64,000 nucleotides of DNA, from the NCBI GenBank assembly GCA_951406725.2, contig OX597816.1, positions 12,834,001 through 12,898,000 on the forward strand, given 5' to 3'. Numbering within the stretch: the first letter of the stretch is position 1; each line of letters starts with the position of its first letter. Shown here one piece after another: positions 26,731 through 38,940 of the stretch. The notes under the pieces are model-generated. The model was not told the DNA's origin. It did no database searches and saw only the letters and a program-made list of their open reading frames with translations. Source of the DNA: Octopus vulgaris. Its lineage: Eukaryota. The position numbers and the translations under genes are program-made.

Positions 26731-26944
26731 GTCTTCTTCTTCTTCTTCTTCTTCTTCTTTTTCTTCTTCTTCTTCTTTTTCTTCTTCTTCTTCTTTTTCT
26801 TCTTCTTCTTCTTCTCCCCCTCCACCTTGTCCTCCTCGTCCTCCTCCTCCTCCTCCTCCTCCTTCTTCTTCTTCTTCTTCTTCTTCTTCTTCTTCTCCCC
26901 TCCACCTCGTCCTCCTCGTCCTCCTTCTTCTTCTTCTTCTTCTT

Positions 26945-26975
<31 letters not shown>

Positions 26976-27195
26976 TTATTATTATTATTATTTTCTTCTT
27001 CTTCTTCTTCTTCTTCTCCCCTCCACCTCGTCCTCCTCGTCCTCCTTCTTCTTCTTCTTCTTCTTCTTCTTATTATTATTATTATTATTATTTTTCTTCT
27101 TCTTCTTCTCCCCTCCACCTCGTCCTCCTCGTCCTCCTCCTTCTTCTTCTTCTTCTTCTTCTTCTTCTTCTCATTATTATTATTATTATTATCAT
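26731..27195. repeat. (CTT)n/(CCT)n/(TTA)n higher-order minisatellite
   Basis: ctccccctccacctcgtcctcctcgtcctcc unit occurs 4 times between CTT runs. Confidence 0.9.
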
Positions 27196-27197
27196 TG

Positions 27198-27285
27198 AAG
27201 GTGGTAAGATGGCAGAATCGTTAGCACACCGGGCAAAATGCTTGGTGTATTTCACCCGTCTTTACGTTCTAAGTTCAAATTCCCA
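27198..27285 (+). mobile_element. SINE family A head fragment
   Basis: ggcagaatcgttagcacaccgggcaaaatgctt...agttcaaattcc. Confidence 0.8.
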
Positions 27286-27323
27286 CAATTCCTTTTGGCT
27301 TTCTGCCTTTTAGTAGAAAGGAT

Positions 27324-27365
<42 letters not shown>

Positions 27366-27368
27366 CAT

Positions 27369-27401
<33 letters not shown>

Positions 27402-27949
27402 AGCTTCTGCTGTTGCGGCTACTACTATTTTCATTATAATCTAATGATTCTATTGTTTGTATTCATTTCTTTAATCCATGTTTATATGAAGCCACTGCGA
27501 TTAAAAAAGTCATTTTCTACTCCCACGAAATTCATTTATAGTTTTTCTTAATTACACCAATATATACTTACAATCTACAACTTTGTACACCTTGATTCTC
27601 TTTTCGCTTGTTTGTTAGTTTATTTGAAGAATTCTGCTAATCTAGTAAGTTATACACGATCTTTGGTTTTAGACGCTATGGTTCTTCTAATACGCTTCGA
27701 GATTGCGATTGCTGCTAATTCAATTACTCTTAGTGACATTTTGAATAAGCTCTGCTTACCGTGCGCTGGATTCATTTGCTTCAAAAGCAACATAAATACT
27801 GTCACATATTAAGTCGAATTATATTATCATTCAAGTCACCGTAAAACGACTGCGAGTAAAATAATCTGACACATATTCAAAACTTTGAGATATATACGTA
27901 TGTACATACATTCATACATAATTATATATATATACATATATATTGTCAG

Positions 27950-28307
27950 TAAAAGTCTCCAGACAATGCATACTCAGAAATAACTCACATAGGTATAAGG
28001 GAAAAAACAATGAAAGATCACATCCATATAAGATACCCGAGGACAGCCTGTTTCTGGATTCGCGGGTAAAACGCCGTCTGGCATGGTTTGTCCGATGTTA
28101 CAGATATCGGACGGGTATGTTTGATTCTTAGTATTTTCAAATCTAAATCAGAAGAAATCTCTGAGCTGATGAAGGAAAAGTGGCGTTTTACCCGCGAATC
28201 CAGAAACAGGCTGTCCTCGGGTATCTTATATGGATGTGATCTTTCATTGTTTTTCCCTTATACCTATGTGAGTTATTTTCTGAGTATGCATTGTCTGGAG
28301 ACTTTTA
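27950..28307. repeat. Near-perfect ~125-bp inverted repeat (PLE-type inverted terminal repeat)
   Basis: 27950-28076 is the reverse complement of 28182-28307. Confidence 0.92.
28161..28220 (+). ncRNA. Canonical-core type I hammerhead ribozyme motif
   Basis: CTGAG-CTGATGA-aGGA...TCCa-GAAA-CAGgCTG-TC-CTCGG. Confidence 0.8.
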
Positions 28308-28419
28308 TTTGCAGTTGAAGAAACAGCCAGATTTTTGGCTGCTATTTCTGAAAAGTTCGGTGTGCGGTAAAGTGAATTTTTTCACTTTGCCATATTTTTA
28401 TAAATTAATACTTTTTATA

Positions 28420-28422
28420 AAT

Positions 28423-28492
<70 letters not shown>

Positions 28493-28640
28493 TACATACA
28501 GATGTATCGACATACATACAGATGTATATATACATATATATATACACACACGCACACACACACACATATGCATAAATATATATATACATATATATATACA
28601 TATAAATATATATATATACATATATATATACATATACATA

Positions 28641-28705
<65 letters not shown>

Positions 28706-28948
28706 AGATATGTATTTGCATGTACGTGTACGTATGTGTATGTACGTGCATGTATGTATATATGTGTGTTGGCTTGTATATGTAGGTATGCTTTTATGTA
28801 CACGTGTATACACATGTCTGTATATAGGCATTTGCGTTTATATATGCGGGCAGATGTTTATGTGTGTTTATGTGTACTGAAGTACATTTATGTATGTATG
28901 AATATGTGTACTTGTGTGTGCATATGTATGTGTATACATATATACATA

Positions 28949-29024
<76 letters not shown>

Positions 29025-29130
29025 TGTGTAGAGAGAGATACATACATAAGTATGAGTGGATGAAAAGGAAATGAGCGAGAGAACGTGTGTGTTTGTGTAT
29101 GTGTATGAGTGTGCGTGTGAGTGTGTGTGT
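28420..29130. repeat. (TA)n/(TG)n compound microsatellite field
   Basis: Direct reading. Confidence 0.92.
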
Positions 29131-29199
29131 GTGTGAGTGTTTGCGTTTGTATCAGTAGGAAAAGAGATAGAAAGGAAGGGAGAGGGGCGGTAAATAGAT

Positions 29200-29338
29200 T
29201 TCATTTAGGCCTGCTGGCACCCTGGGGAGGGTCTACTCCAGCCCCACTAAATGTGTGTCGGCGGGTAGGTAGGTGATATATTACACCCTTTATGACTCTG
29301 AAGAGGTCAAAATAAAAATAAAAATAAAAATAAAATAA
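29200..29338 (+). mobile_element. Probable LINE 3' tail with (AAAAT)n
   Basis: GC-richer segment with a small hairpin followed by aaaat repeats. Confidence 0.4.
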
Positions 29339-29769
29339 GGGAGGATATGTGTGTGTATATATGTGCATGTATACATATATATGTGTGTGTCTGTGTGTGT
29401 ATGGGTCTTTTTATGTATATATGTGTAGAGATATGTGTGCGTGTGCTTGCATGTTGGCACGTATGTGTATGTGTATGTGTATATATATGTGTGTATGTAT
29501 ATATGTGTGTGTGTGTATGTATGAGTATGTGTATATGTGTATATATATGTGTGTGTATATGTGTATGTATATATATAAGTGATAGTCTTCTTATTTACCT
29601 AAAACTCTATTCTATTATTCTATTTATCCATTTATCTACTTTATCACTGATTCTTTTGACCACTCCCCTAAGAAAGATAATTTGTGCCCTGCTTACCCAA
29701 AAAAGTCCCCCGCCACCACCCCATTAAATCTGCCTAAATGTATAAATGCCAAAACTGATTTTGACAGCA

Positions 29770-29820
29770 AGCTTCCTGAAGATTTCATTTGAATGAAACA
29801 GTTCTAGTCCCGTAGAAGCT
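29770..29820 (+). ncRNA. Decayed type I hammerhead motif
   Basis: AGCTTC-CTGAAGA-tTTCatttGAAt-GAAA-cagttctagtcccg-TA-GAAGCT. Confidence 0.6.
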
Positions 29821-30111
29821 CCTTCTATAAAATAAATGAATTTACTCTGCTATGTATTGAGTACCTTATTAACTGTGGTTAACCCCGACTCAACCCGGGA
29901 CCTACATATATATACCTTATAAATAAGGGCTAAAGAAGATTATTGTAAAGCCAATATACTGATTATCCATTTATAATCCACTTGTTACATAGCCCTTACT
30001 TATAAGATGTTTATAATTTTAACCGTAAAGGTTTGTTTAATATACTGCCACGCTTCTTGATGGAATTCTTTTCTGTAGAGAAAGGGACTTCATCCTATAT
30101 TTGTTAGTAGT

Positions 30112-30218
<107 letters not shown>

Positions 30219-30457
30219 TTAGACACACACACATGTGTATATTTATGTATATAGATGTTTTCAAGAAAGAACTTGATTTTTATGGTGTCCAAGTTTACAG
30301 ATGAATCTATATCAATGCTGGGAACCCAAAAGAGGAATGCTGTGTTGAGCTCCCGTCTTCACCAAAAGCCAATCGCTACTGAAAAGTTGATGACACGGGC
30401 GCCACTCCAACATGGCCACACCTTTTGGACTGAAAGATATAAAAGAATAAAAGAATA

Positions 30458-30510
<53 letters not shown>

Positions 30511-31039
30511 CATCTATACAATAACAGTAAATAGGGAAATTGAGTGCTAATCACCATGATATCTCTCCTATTCTTATCGAAAGCGGTGGCGGATTTTCAA
30601 CATTTCTAAGTGCGAAGCTTAATAAATACGATGTTTTCTTATGAAGCCGATGATAGGAGAGTAAATCCACAAGTGAAATGTATATATTTGATAGTGTTTC
30701 TGTAATTAATTGTAAATATATATGCATAGGGATGGCTGTGTTAGGTAGCTTGCTTACTTCATTGCGCATGAGCGAGCCAGAGTTGTGTTTCACACTGAAG
30801 CTGTAAGGCATGTTTTTGAAGCCGTCTTAAATTGAAGACTTTTGAAACTCAGGTGTAAGGTAAGATTGTTTTGGGGTCTAGTGGGAACCTGTTGTCTGCT
30901 GCAATTATTTTTTACAAACAAGAAGTCCCCCATTGGATTCTAGCCTGCTTGAGGCTGAGCAAAAATTTTTGCACTTATTTCTGAAAATTATTGGTTTGGT
31001 GGACGTATCTTGCCGCAAAATTCCTTGTAAGCCTTGTAC

Positions 31040-31318
31040 TTATATTAAGTTACGGAGACGTAAACACACTAACATCGGTTGTCAAGGGATGGGGGGGGGC
31101 AAACACACACACACTCACACACACACATACACGCACATACAGACATGTATATATATACGACGGTCTTCTTTCAGTTTCCGTCTACCAAATCCACTCACAA
31201 GGCTTTGGTCAGCACGAGGCTATAGTAGAGGACACTTGCCCAAGGGTCCACGCAGTGGGACTGAACTCGGAATCATGGGGTTGGTAAGCAAACTACTCAC
31301 CACACAACCACACCGGCG
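31040..31318 (-). mobile_element. SINE family B
   Basis: Matches 6050-6310. Confidence 0.88.
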
Positions 31319-31470
31319 TCTATTTATATAGCCATACATATATATTTACACACGCACATGCATGTTTAAATCTATGCACTTTTGAGGCAGTTCGTGTGAT
31401 AGAGATTGAGAAAAAGAAAACTACATAAATAAATATATGGATAGAATGATAGATAGACTGACAGACAGGC

Positions 31471-31549
<79 letters not shown>

Positions 31550-31616
31550 CATACGGACAGACATATAGACAGAGAGGCAGACAGACAGATAGATAGATAG
31601 ATATATAGATAGATAT

Positions 31617-32087
31617 GTTTCTTTATTAGTCACACAGGGCTGCACACAGACGGGACAGATTACAAAGTAGAGATTTTCTTTTTGGGGGATAGGCAAAAAA
31701 GATGGTGGGTTAGGTTTTCGATCAAAAGGGATCGTAAAAAGGGAAAGAAGAAAAAAAAGGGGAAAAAATTTATCAATAGGGATCATGTATCACAGTGTCA
31801 TGGTGTAAAGTGTAAATGGGGAAGCAAATAAGGTTTATCCGTGGGAAGAAAGCCTTCGGAAAAGACCCCGGTAACCTCAGTCAATGTTGTTACATGTTAC
31901 CACATTTGCTTGCAAGTAGGTAACCCTCTGTTTTAAATTTTCCGGGCTCATAGGATTATGCTCAAGGTGGCTTCGTCATTCATACGTCCCATCCTTGCTA
32001 CATTCACCCATCCTTTTTTGAAATATTTGCTAGACAAAACTTGCCTCTCTACTCTCACTTTCCTTTTCAAGTGATACCTGAAAACGT
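31617..32087 (-). mobile_element. Tx1/L1-like LINE 3' end embedded in (GATA)n
   Basis: Minus strand ends VLSSKYFKKGWVNVARMGRMNDEATLSIIL*, then a 3' UTR ending aataaagaaa; (GATA)n on both sides. Confidence 0.55.
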
Positions 32088-32133
32088 TGATAGATAGATA
32101 GACAGACAGATAGATAGATAGATAGATAGATAT

Positions 32134-32214
<81 letters not shown>

Positions 32215-32988
32215 TATAGATAAATAGATAGCTAGCTAGATAGATAGATATCATTTTGTTTGTAAAAATTTGACTTTTCAAAAATTATAGTTTATACATA
32301 ATGGTTTCGCGATTCCAGAGTCTTTGTGTTTTGGGTAATGTATATAATTCATTAGTGAAGGAGACAAACGAAAGTTAAAAGCAGAAGACTCTCAGCGATG
32401 CAACATCTGCGAAGAATTGAAATTAGAGGGACAATCAGATGTCTTCGAAACCAAGGCTGTTAGAACAAAAATAAAAGGCAAAATAGATGGGAAAGTACTT
32501 AGAAATGGTAACTCTATTATCTTAAACTACTCTGCTGTTCTGATTTCTCTCTCATTCTGTAAATGAAATGTTTTGATATTTGATAGTACCCATTTCATTT
32601 TATCAAAGCGAAGTCGAAAAACCAAAAAGACATACATAACAACAAACCAAAATTGCTCATATATATATGTATATATATAAAATAAATATAAGAGAGTGGT
32701 CACTATATTGCTCACTCTAGCACCAGTTAATGTGTGTGTGTGTGTGTGTGTGTGCGTGTGTGTATGTATACATATACATGTGTGTGTATATCCATATATC
32801 CATTTATACACATATGCATATATATATTATGTATATATATATATATATATATACATACATACAGTTATATACATACGTATGTCTGTATGTGCGATTCATA
32901 GATATACATATGTGTGTATATACATATAAATGTATATATATATATATATACACACATATATATGCATACATATATCCATATATACCTT

Positions 32989-33035
<47 letters not shown>

Positions 33036-33142
33036 GTATGTGCATATATATATGTGTGCGTGTGTGTATATATATATGTGTGTGTGTTTGTCTGTGTGTG
33101 TATAGATATATATCTATATGTGTGTGTATATTTATATATATG

Positions 33143-33208
<66 letters not shown>

Positions 33209-33716
33209 TGTGTGTATAACAAGAGAAAGGAGCGAGGGGGAAGTGTAAACCTTTGTAAGCAGCACTAGATAATATCAAATATCTGATTTTGATTATCTCA
33301 ACCACAAAACAACTCGAATATAATAGAGAGGAAAACAATATCGAAAAAGTACAAAAACAGGAGATAAAGGATGCAAATGACATCCAAACAATATAGATAA
33401 ACAGAGATAAGTATGTTGATGTGGAAGAGGACATTGTTTGAGATGATATTCCAGTAAAATATCATAAGGAAAATACTAAAATGTAACAGAGTTATAAATG
33501 AAACGAAGACGTGTAATCAAGATGTATATCTATTTCTGATTTTACATCTAGATTTCATCATTTCACTAATGAAATATGTGCAGGAAAATATTATCGTTAA
33601 TAGATTAGTAAACTGAAACAGATTTTATAAATGTAGATGTTATGAGTCACGTGTTTTATACTAACATACAGCCTCGCAAACAAACATTTGTATATAAATA
33701 TGTATACAGACGCACG

Positions 33717-33766
<50 letters not shown>

Positions 33767-33768
<2 letters not shown>

Positions 33769-34591
33769 TGCGCGCCGCATGCACCTCGCCCTTGGACCCG
33801 ACGAGACCTCCCGCCCGTTCCTGGGATGTCGCTTGTCGTTGGGTTTTCCCACGCCCGTCTCCGCGGGACCACTCTTCCATCTTCCCCTCCGCTGGAGTCC
33901 TTTTCCTTACCCCCCCCCTTTTTCGTTACACACGCGCGCACACATATACACACATTGCTTAAACATATACATTACTCTTACACATTCAATCTACTCGCCA
34001 TTAATACTACCACGACACTGGACACACACACACACTACTACCCAACACACGCTGGCACGCTACATACGCCCCCACCCCTTCCCCTCCCTCCCTTTCCTCC
34101 TTCCTCCCTTTTCTTACTACTGACCTTTGTCTGCTATGCTGCTGCTATGCTGCTGCTATGCTGACCACCGTCTCGCCCTACCTCACACGCCTACACACAG
34201 ACGCACACACTAACACATACATATATTTTTTGTTTTTTTACCTCGCCTCACACACACACATACACACACGCACACGCACACACTCACACATACACACACA
34301 TCTGTTGCGTTACCAACCTTGTCTCCACTCTTTTGCCTTTAAAAACCCACTTTGCTCTTGTTATCGTAAACATCCGCCTTTCACCATGTGTAACTCCTAA
34401 CACCAGTCGTTTTTTTCTCTATCTCCGTGGCCCGCTCTGGGATCTTTCTTTCCTCTCTCTTCCTTCTTTATGTTTCCGACGAAGAGCTCCGCTCGAAACG
34501 TCATACCTCCCTGCTTCCATTTCCTGAGCGCCTATTAATAATAATACTGTAATTGTTCCATTGTTGTTGTTTTTTGTTTCCCGTTTGGATT

Positions 34592-34597
<6 letters not shown>
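33767..34597 (+). mobile_element. PLE-type remnant: GC-rich block, low-complexity spacer and terminal repeat with hammerhead-like motif (34472-34506)
   Basis: gttt CCGACGA aGAGC tcc GCTC GAAA cg TC atac; 3' part homologous to 8490-8635; (TA)n on both sides. Confidence 0.6.
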
Positions 34598-34621
<24 letters not shown>

Positions 34622-34634
<13 letters not shown>

Positions 34635-34874
34635 AAAGACTGAAAAAAACTACAGAAGGCTTGTTTTATAAGGTTAAAGAATATATTTAAATTGTTACGT
34701 TAGAAAAATGTTATGAGATTTTGTGTATAGTAACATAGTTTTTGTTCTCCAAAAACTATGTTACTATACACAAAATCTTATAACATTTTTCTAACATAAC
34801 GACTTAAATATATTTTTTAAACTTATAAAACAAGCCTTCTGTAGTTTTTTCAGTCTTTTCTGTTTTTTATATAT
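34622..34874. repeat. Fold-back palindrome, ~120-bp arms, 5-nt loop
   Basis: ...gtgtatagtaacatagtttttg ttctc caaaaactatgttactatacac... Confidence 0.92.
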
Positions 34875-35031
34875 CTAACCACCAACTTTCTCACCTATAT
34901 ATATTTATATATATATATATAAATTTAAAATGAGAGTGAGAAATTAAATGATAATTTAATTAACATTGATTTCACACCAGTGGTCTAGCATATAAAAAAA
35001 ACTGAAGGTTCAGTAAAATTGTATTATATAC

Positions 35032-35312
35032 TTATTAGAGAGAAACCATTAAGTGGACATCCTTATGCTAGAAATAGATCCGCTATGGTCTTACCACTAA
35101 GAAATGTTCTCAAGAAAAATTTAGCAAAACAACCAAAACGTAATCGAGCAAGACAAAAGAAAAAACAATAAAAATATGGGTTATTCGCATACATGTTTCA
35201 CTATCAACAAATTACGTAAGTGGTCTTACTACTAAGAACACTTCTTAGTGGTAAGACCATAGCGGATCTATTTCTAGCATAAGGGTGTCCACATAGTTGT
35301 TTCCCTCTAATA
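35032..35312. repeat. Inverted repeat, ~78-bp arms
   Basis: 35032-35110 versus 35236-35312 (cttatgctagaaatagatccgctatggtcttaccactaagaa). Confidence 0.9.
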
Positions 35313-35350
35313 TTTATATAATATATATATATATATGTATGTGTGTGTAT

Positions 35351-35396
<46 letters not shown>

Positions 35397-35419
35397 GTGT
35401 ATTGATGAATATGAATGTA

Positions 35420-35670
35420 GACAGCATCTTTTTCTATCTTGAGCCAAATTGCTGAACTAAATCGTCTTCCCGTAATCTTGGAATCCTTCCAAGTGGTCTT
35501 TTGCGACCTCTTGGCTGCCACTCGGCAACTACATGGGTTCACCTGTTGTCTGTGAAACTTGCGACGTGTCCAGACTACCGAAAATTGTGTTTTTTGTTAT
35601 TTCGCCGTCACAACGTTCCCTCCGCACCGGTTCTCGAATTATCTCGTTTATCAGCAAGAATGGCATTTCC
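35420..35670 (-). mobile_element. RTE-like LINE 3' remnant
   Basis: Frameshifted GHVA, KRSQKTTWKD, LAQDRKR. Confidence 0.45.
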
Positions 35671-36334
35671 TGGAAAAACTGCAAATATTAAGCGAATAAA
35701 TAAACAAATAAATAAATGTAAGAAATATAAAGAAAAAATACTTCAACTCTCAACAGTAAGAAGAAAAAAACGGCAACACCATACTCCAGTTTTCAGAGCG
35801 CCACCAGCCAAAATCTGGAGATAATAAGTGTAGGCCAAACGTCAGAATTAGATAAATAAACATCTCACGCCTAGCTGTTCCTATCTCTAGTATCGATAGC
35901 ATGATCGCGCGATGAGTAAGAAATAATACTTACAGATGAAAACCTATATATAGTTAGAAACAGCACGAAAGGAATATCATAAAAACAAACACGGAGAAGT
36001 TGTCTCCTCATAAGACAACGAAACAAGACGAGAAAGAACAATTTCTGAAAGGGGGATAATTATTTCCAGATAAAATTTTGGTGGGATTAGAAATTTAAAG
36101 TTTAAACTGAAGAGCAAGGAAGAAAGTGCATAGAATATATATTCATATATATATATATATTCAATTACTCTTTTTTTTTTGTTTACTCATTACAAAGACC
36201 TTAATATTTCTGCTCATAAGTAATCATACATAACGCCATTTCATTCCTTTTAGAAATCGACAGCATGGCATAACGCAAAGCAAATAACTTAAACTAAATT
36301 AAGTATTTTAGCATATTTACTTTGAATAGTGTGA

Positions 36335-36600
36335 AGGCATGGTTAGGATCTTGCATTCAGGCTCTGTCGATCGTGGTTTAGATTCCCAGACAGAGCAGGG
36401 TGTTGTGTTCATGAGCAAAGCACTTTCTTTCACGATGCTCCACTCCACTCAGTTGTAGATGTGCAACACTGCAACGGACAAACCTTCCGATCAGGGGAAA
36501 TGTTAACCTACTCGTTTAGCCAGTGTGGTGGCGTAATTCGAAAGCTAAACCGATACAAAGCGCACTGTAATCAGCGACGTATAACTGATAGTCTGATTGA
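36335..36600 (+). mobile_element. tRNA-derived CORE-type SINE, family D
   Basis: gattcccagac...gtgttcatgagcaaagcactt; related to 37734 and 44750. Confidence 0.7.
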
Positions 36601-37359
36601 CTACTTCATCAAGTGATTTTACATAACAAAATCGTTAGTATTGCGGCAGAGCAATGATGAAAATCTGTAACATAAAATTGCACCAGGAAAACCCTACAGT
36701 TCTGTAAGTGGTGCAACATAAAATTATGTCAAGAATCGAACACAAAGATGCACATATTTCGTCAAACCCAGCAGGTTAAAAAAATAAAATTTCCTAGTTT
36801 TTATTTATTTCTTCATATTGTTATTTTCCCCCGAAACAAAATATCAATAAACAAAAGATTGAAGCAAATACTGGAAACCATTTATTCTCGCAATTTACTA
36901 TCTGTGATGCTCTCTGTGGCATTAGAAGGAACCAGATATTCTAAAGAATTTAAGTTAGTTTACTGCTTTATTGTTCCTGCTAACATTCTACACTCGAATG
37001 AATGAATAATAATGTTTTTATAGCAAGTGTTAACTGCTTAGAGTCGTTGACATAAAATAATGAAAACATTATAAAGATCAATGCTTGCAGTAATGGCGAC
37101 TGAAGTTACAGGTTCTGAAGGTGACGCAGTGAAAGCGATTGAATATCAAATGTACGTTATTGGATATTCATTGTCAATAGTTATGGCGGTCTTTTGAAAA
37201 CTAAGTGGAAATAACGTTCAAATATCTTTGAGCATAACCAGAACATGCCTTGTCATCAAATCTGTTTGTTAATGATCTCAGGCATGATCACGTGCTTATA
37301 AAATTCACTTCGCAACTATAAAGACCCAGGTTCGATCCCTCTACATGGTAGCTTACTCT

Positions 37360-37500
37360 TTTATAATCTTTTATTTGTTTCAGTCATTTGAGTGCGGCCA
37401 TGCTGGAGCACCGCCCTTAGTCGAACACATCGACCACGGGACTTATTCTTTGTAAGCCTAGTACGCACTCTATCGGTCTCTTTTGCCGAACCGATGGTCG
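37360..37500 (-). mobile_element. SINE family B tail
   Basis: Matches 5930-6055. Confidence 0.85.
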
Positions 37501-37678
37501 GGGTACAAACACAATCACACAAATATACACACACACCTATATACATATGCATACACACACATACATGTATATATTATATACATATATATGCATATGCATA
37601 TACACACACACCTATATACATATGCATACACAAACATACATGTATATATTATATACATATATATACATATGCATATGC

Positions 37679-37731
<53 letters not shown>

Positions 37732-37733
37732 GA

Positions 37734-37995
37734 AGGCGCATGACCCAGTAGTTAAGGTGTTGCATTTACGACTGCGAGGTCGTGGGTTCGATTCCCAGAT
37801 CAGACATTGCGTTGTGTTCTTGAGCAAAGCACTTCATTTCACATTGCTCCGCAATCACTTCGGCATCTGACATGTGCCCTACCCCCGTTCCACCGGTACA
37901 AGTAACATTTCATCACTATAAACAAATCATGTGTGTGGTTGTTCGGTAAGAAATTAACGAACCCTCATACGTCGTCTAACGACGGAAGAATTGTA
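37734..37995 (+). mobile_element. SINE family D
   Basis: ggcgcatgacccagtagttaagg A box, gggttcgattccc B box, gtgttcttgagcaaagcactt core. Confidence 0.8.
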
Positions 37996-37997
37996 GA

Positions 37998-38064
<67 letters not shown>

Positions 38065-38466
38065 TCATAAATGAGGGCGAAAAATTAGATATTAATTTAA
38101 TAATACCATCAGTTTAACACCAGGTGGCATGGCACATAAAAAAACAGGGAGACAATACAAATTTATACGTAAATATAAGGGAGTTACCGTTAAGTGGTTA
38201 ACTCTAGTGCTAGAAATAGCTCCTTATTCTGGTATAGCCACCGAAGTTGTTTCCACAAAAGAAATAACATTACCTTCAACGTAAGGAAAGCGAAATACAA
38301 CGAAAAGATAGATTAATGCTGAACAATTGTTTCTTTATCAACATAATATGTAATTAAACTCACATATTTATCTATAAATCATCAGCAGCATTTGTTTTCG
38401 ATACCATTTATTAGACCCACACGGGCGATAAATACCCATGCGGTCCAATCGATTCCATACATAGTT

Positions 38467-38498
<32 letters not shown>

Positions 38499-38771
38499 CT
38501 CACGTACACTCACTGGGGGTACCGACAACTTTGGTTACGTAAAGGGTGCCACAGATCATAAGGATCCGTTTTACCTTTTTAGCTTTTTAGGGGTTTTACA
38601 GAAATTGAGCGGAAATTCTGAAAATAATTCATACAATAAAACCAATACATAAATATTCCTGGATATCCGCTACAACTACAGAATATCTGACATCATTTAG
38701 ACTTTTGCACACATTTACATTCTTCTTAGAAAAATGCGTTGGGAAAGTTGTCAGTAATATATATACGACCT

Positions 38772-38940
38772 AAGGCGTCGAGCTGCCAGAGTTGTTAATA
38801 CGTCGGGCGAAATGCTTAGTGGCATTTCGTCCATCTTTTCTTTCTGAGTTCGAATTACGCCGATGTCCGCTTCGCCTTCCATCTTTTCGGAGTTGATAAA
38901 ATAATCGATTTACCCCTCTTTCGAACTTGCTGGACTTTGA
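38772..38940 (+). mobile_element. SINE family A
   Basis: gtcgggcgaaatgcttagtggcatttcgtc...gagttcgaatt. Confidence 0.8.

Noticed and set aside
36105-36135. CTGAAGA...GAAA
   Set aside because: No stems II or III; likewise for the hits at 1011, 19269, 29298 and 38381
37734-37805. tRNA-like heads here and at 63659
   Set aside because: No complete acceptor stem, and they continue into SINE bodies
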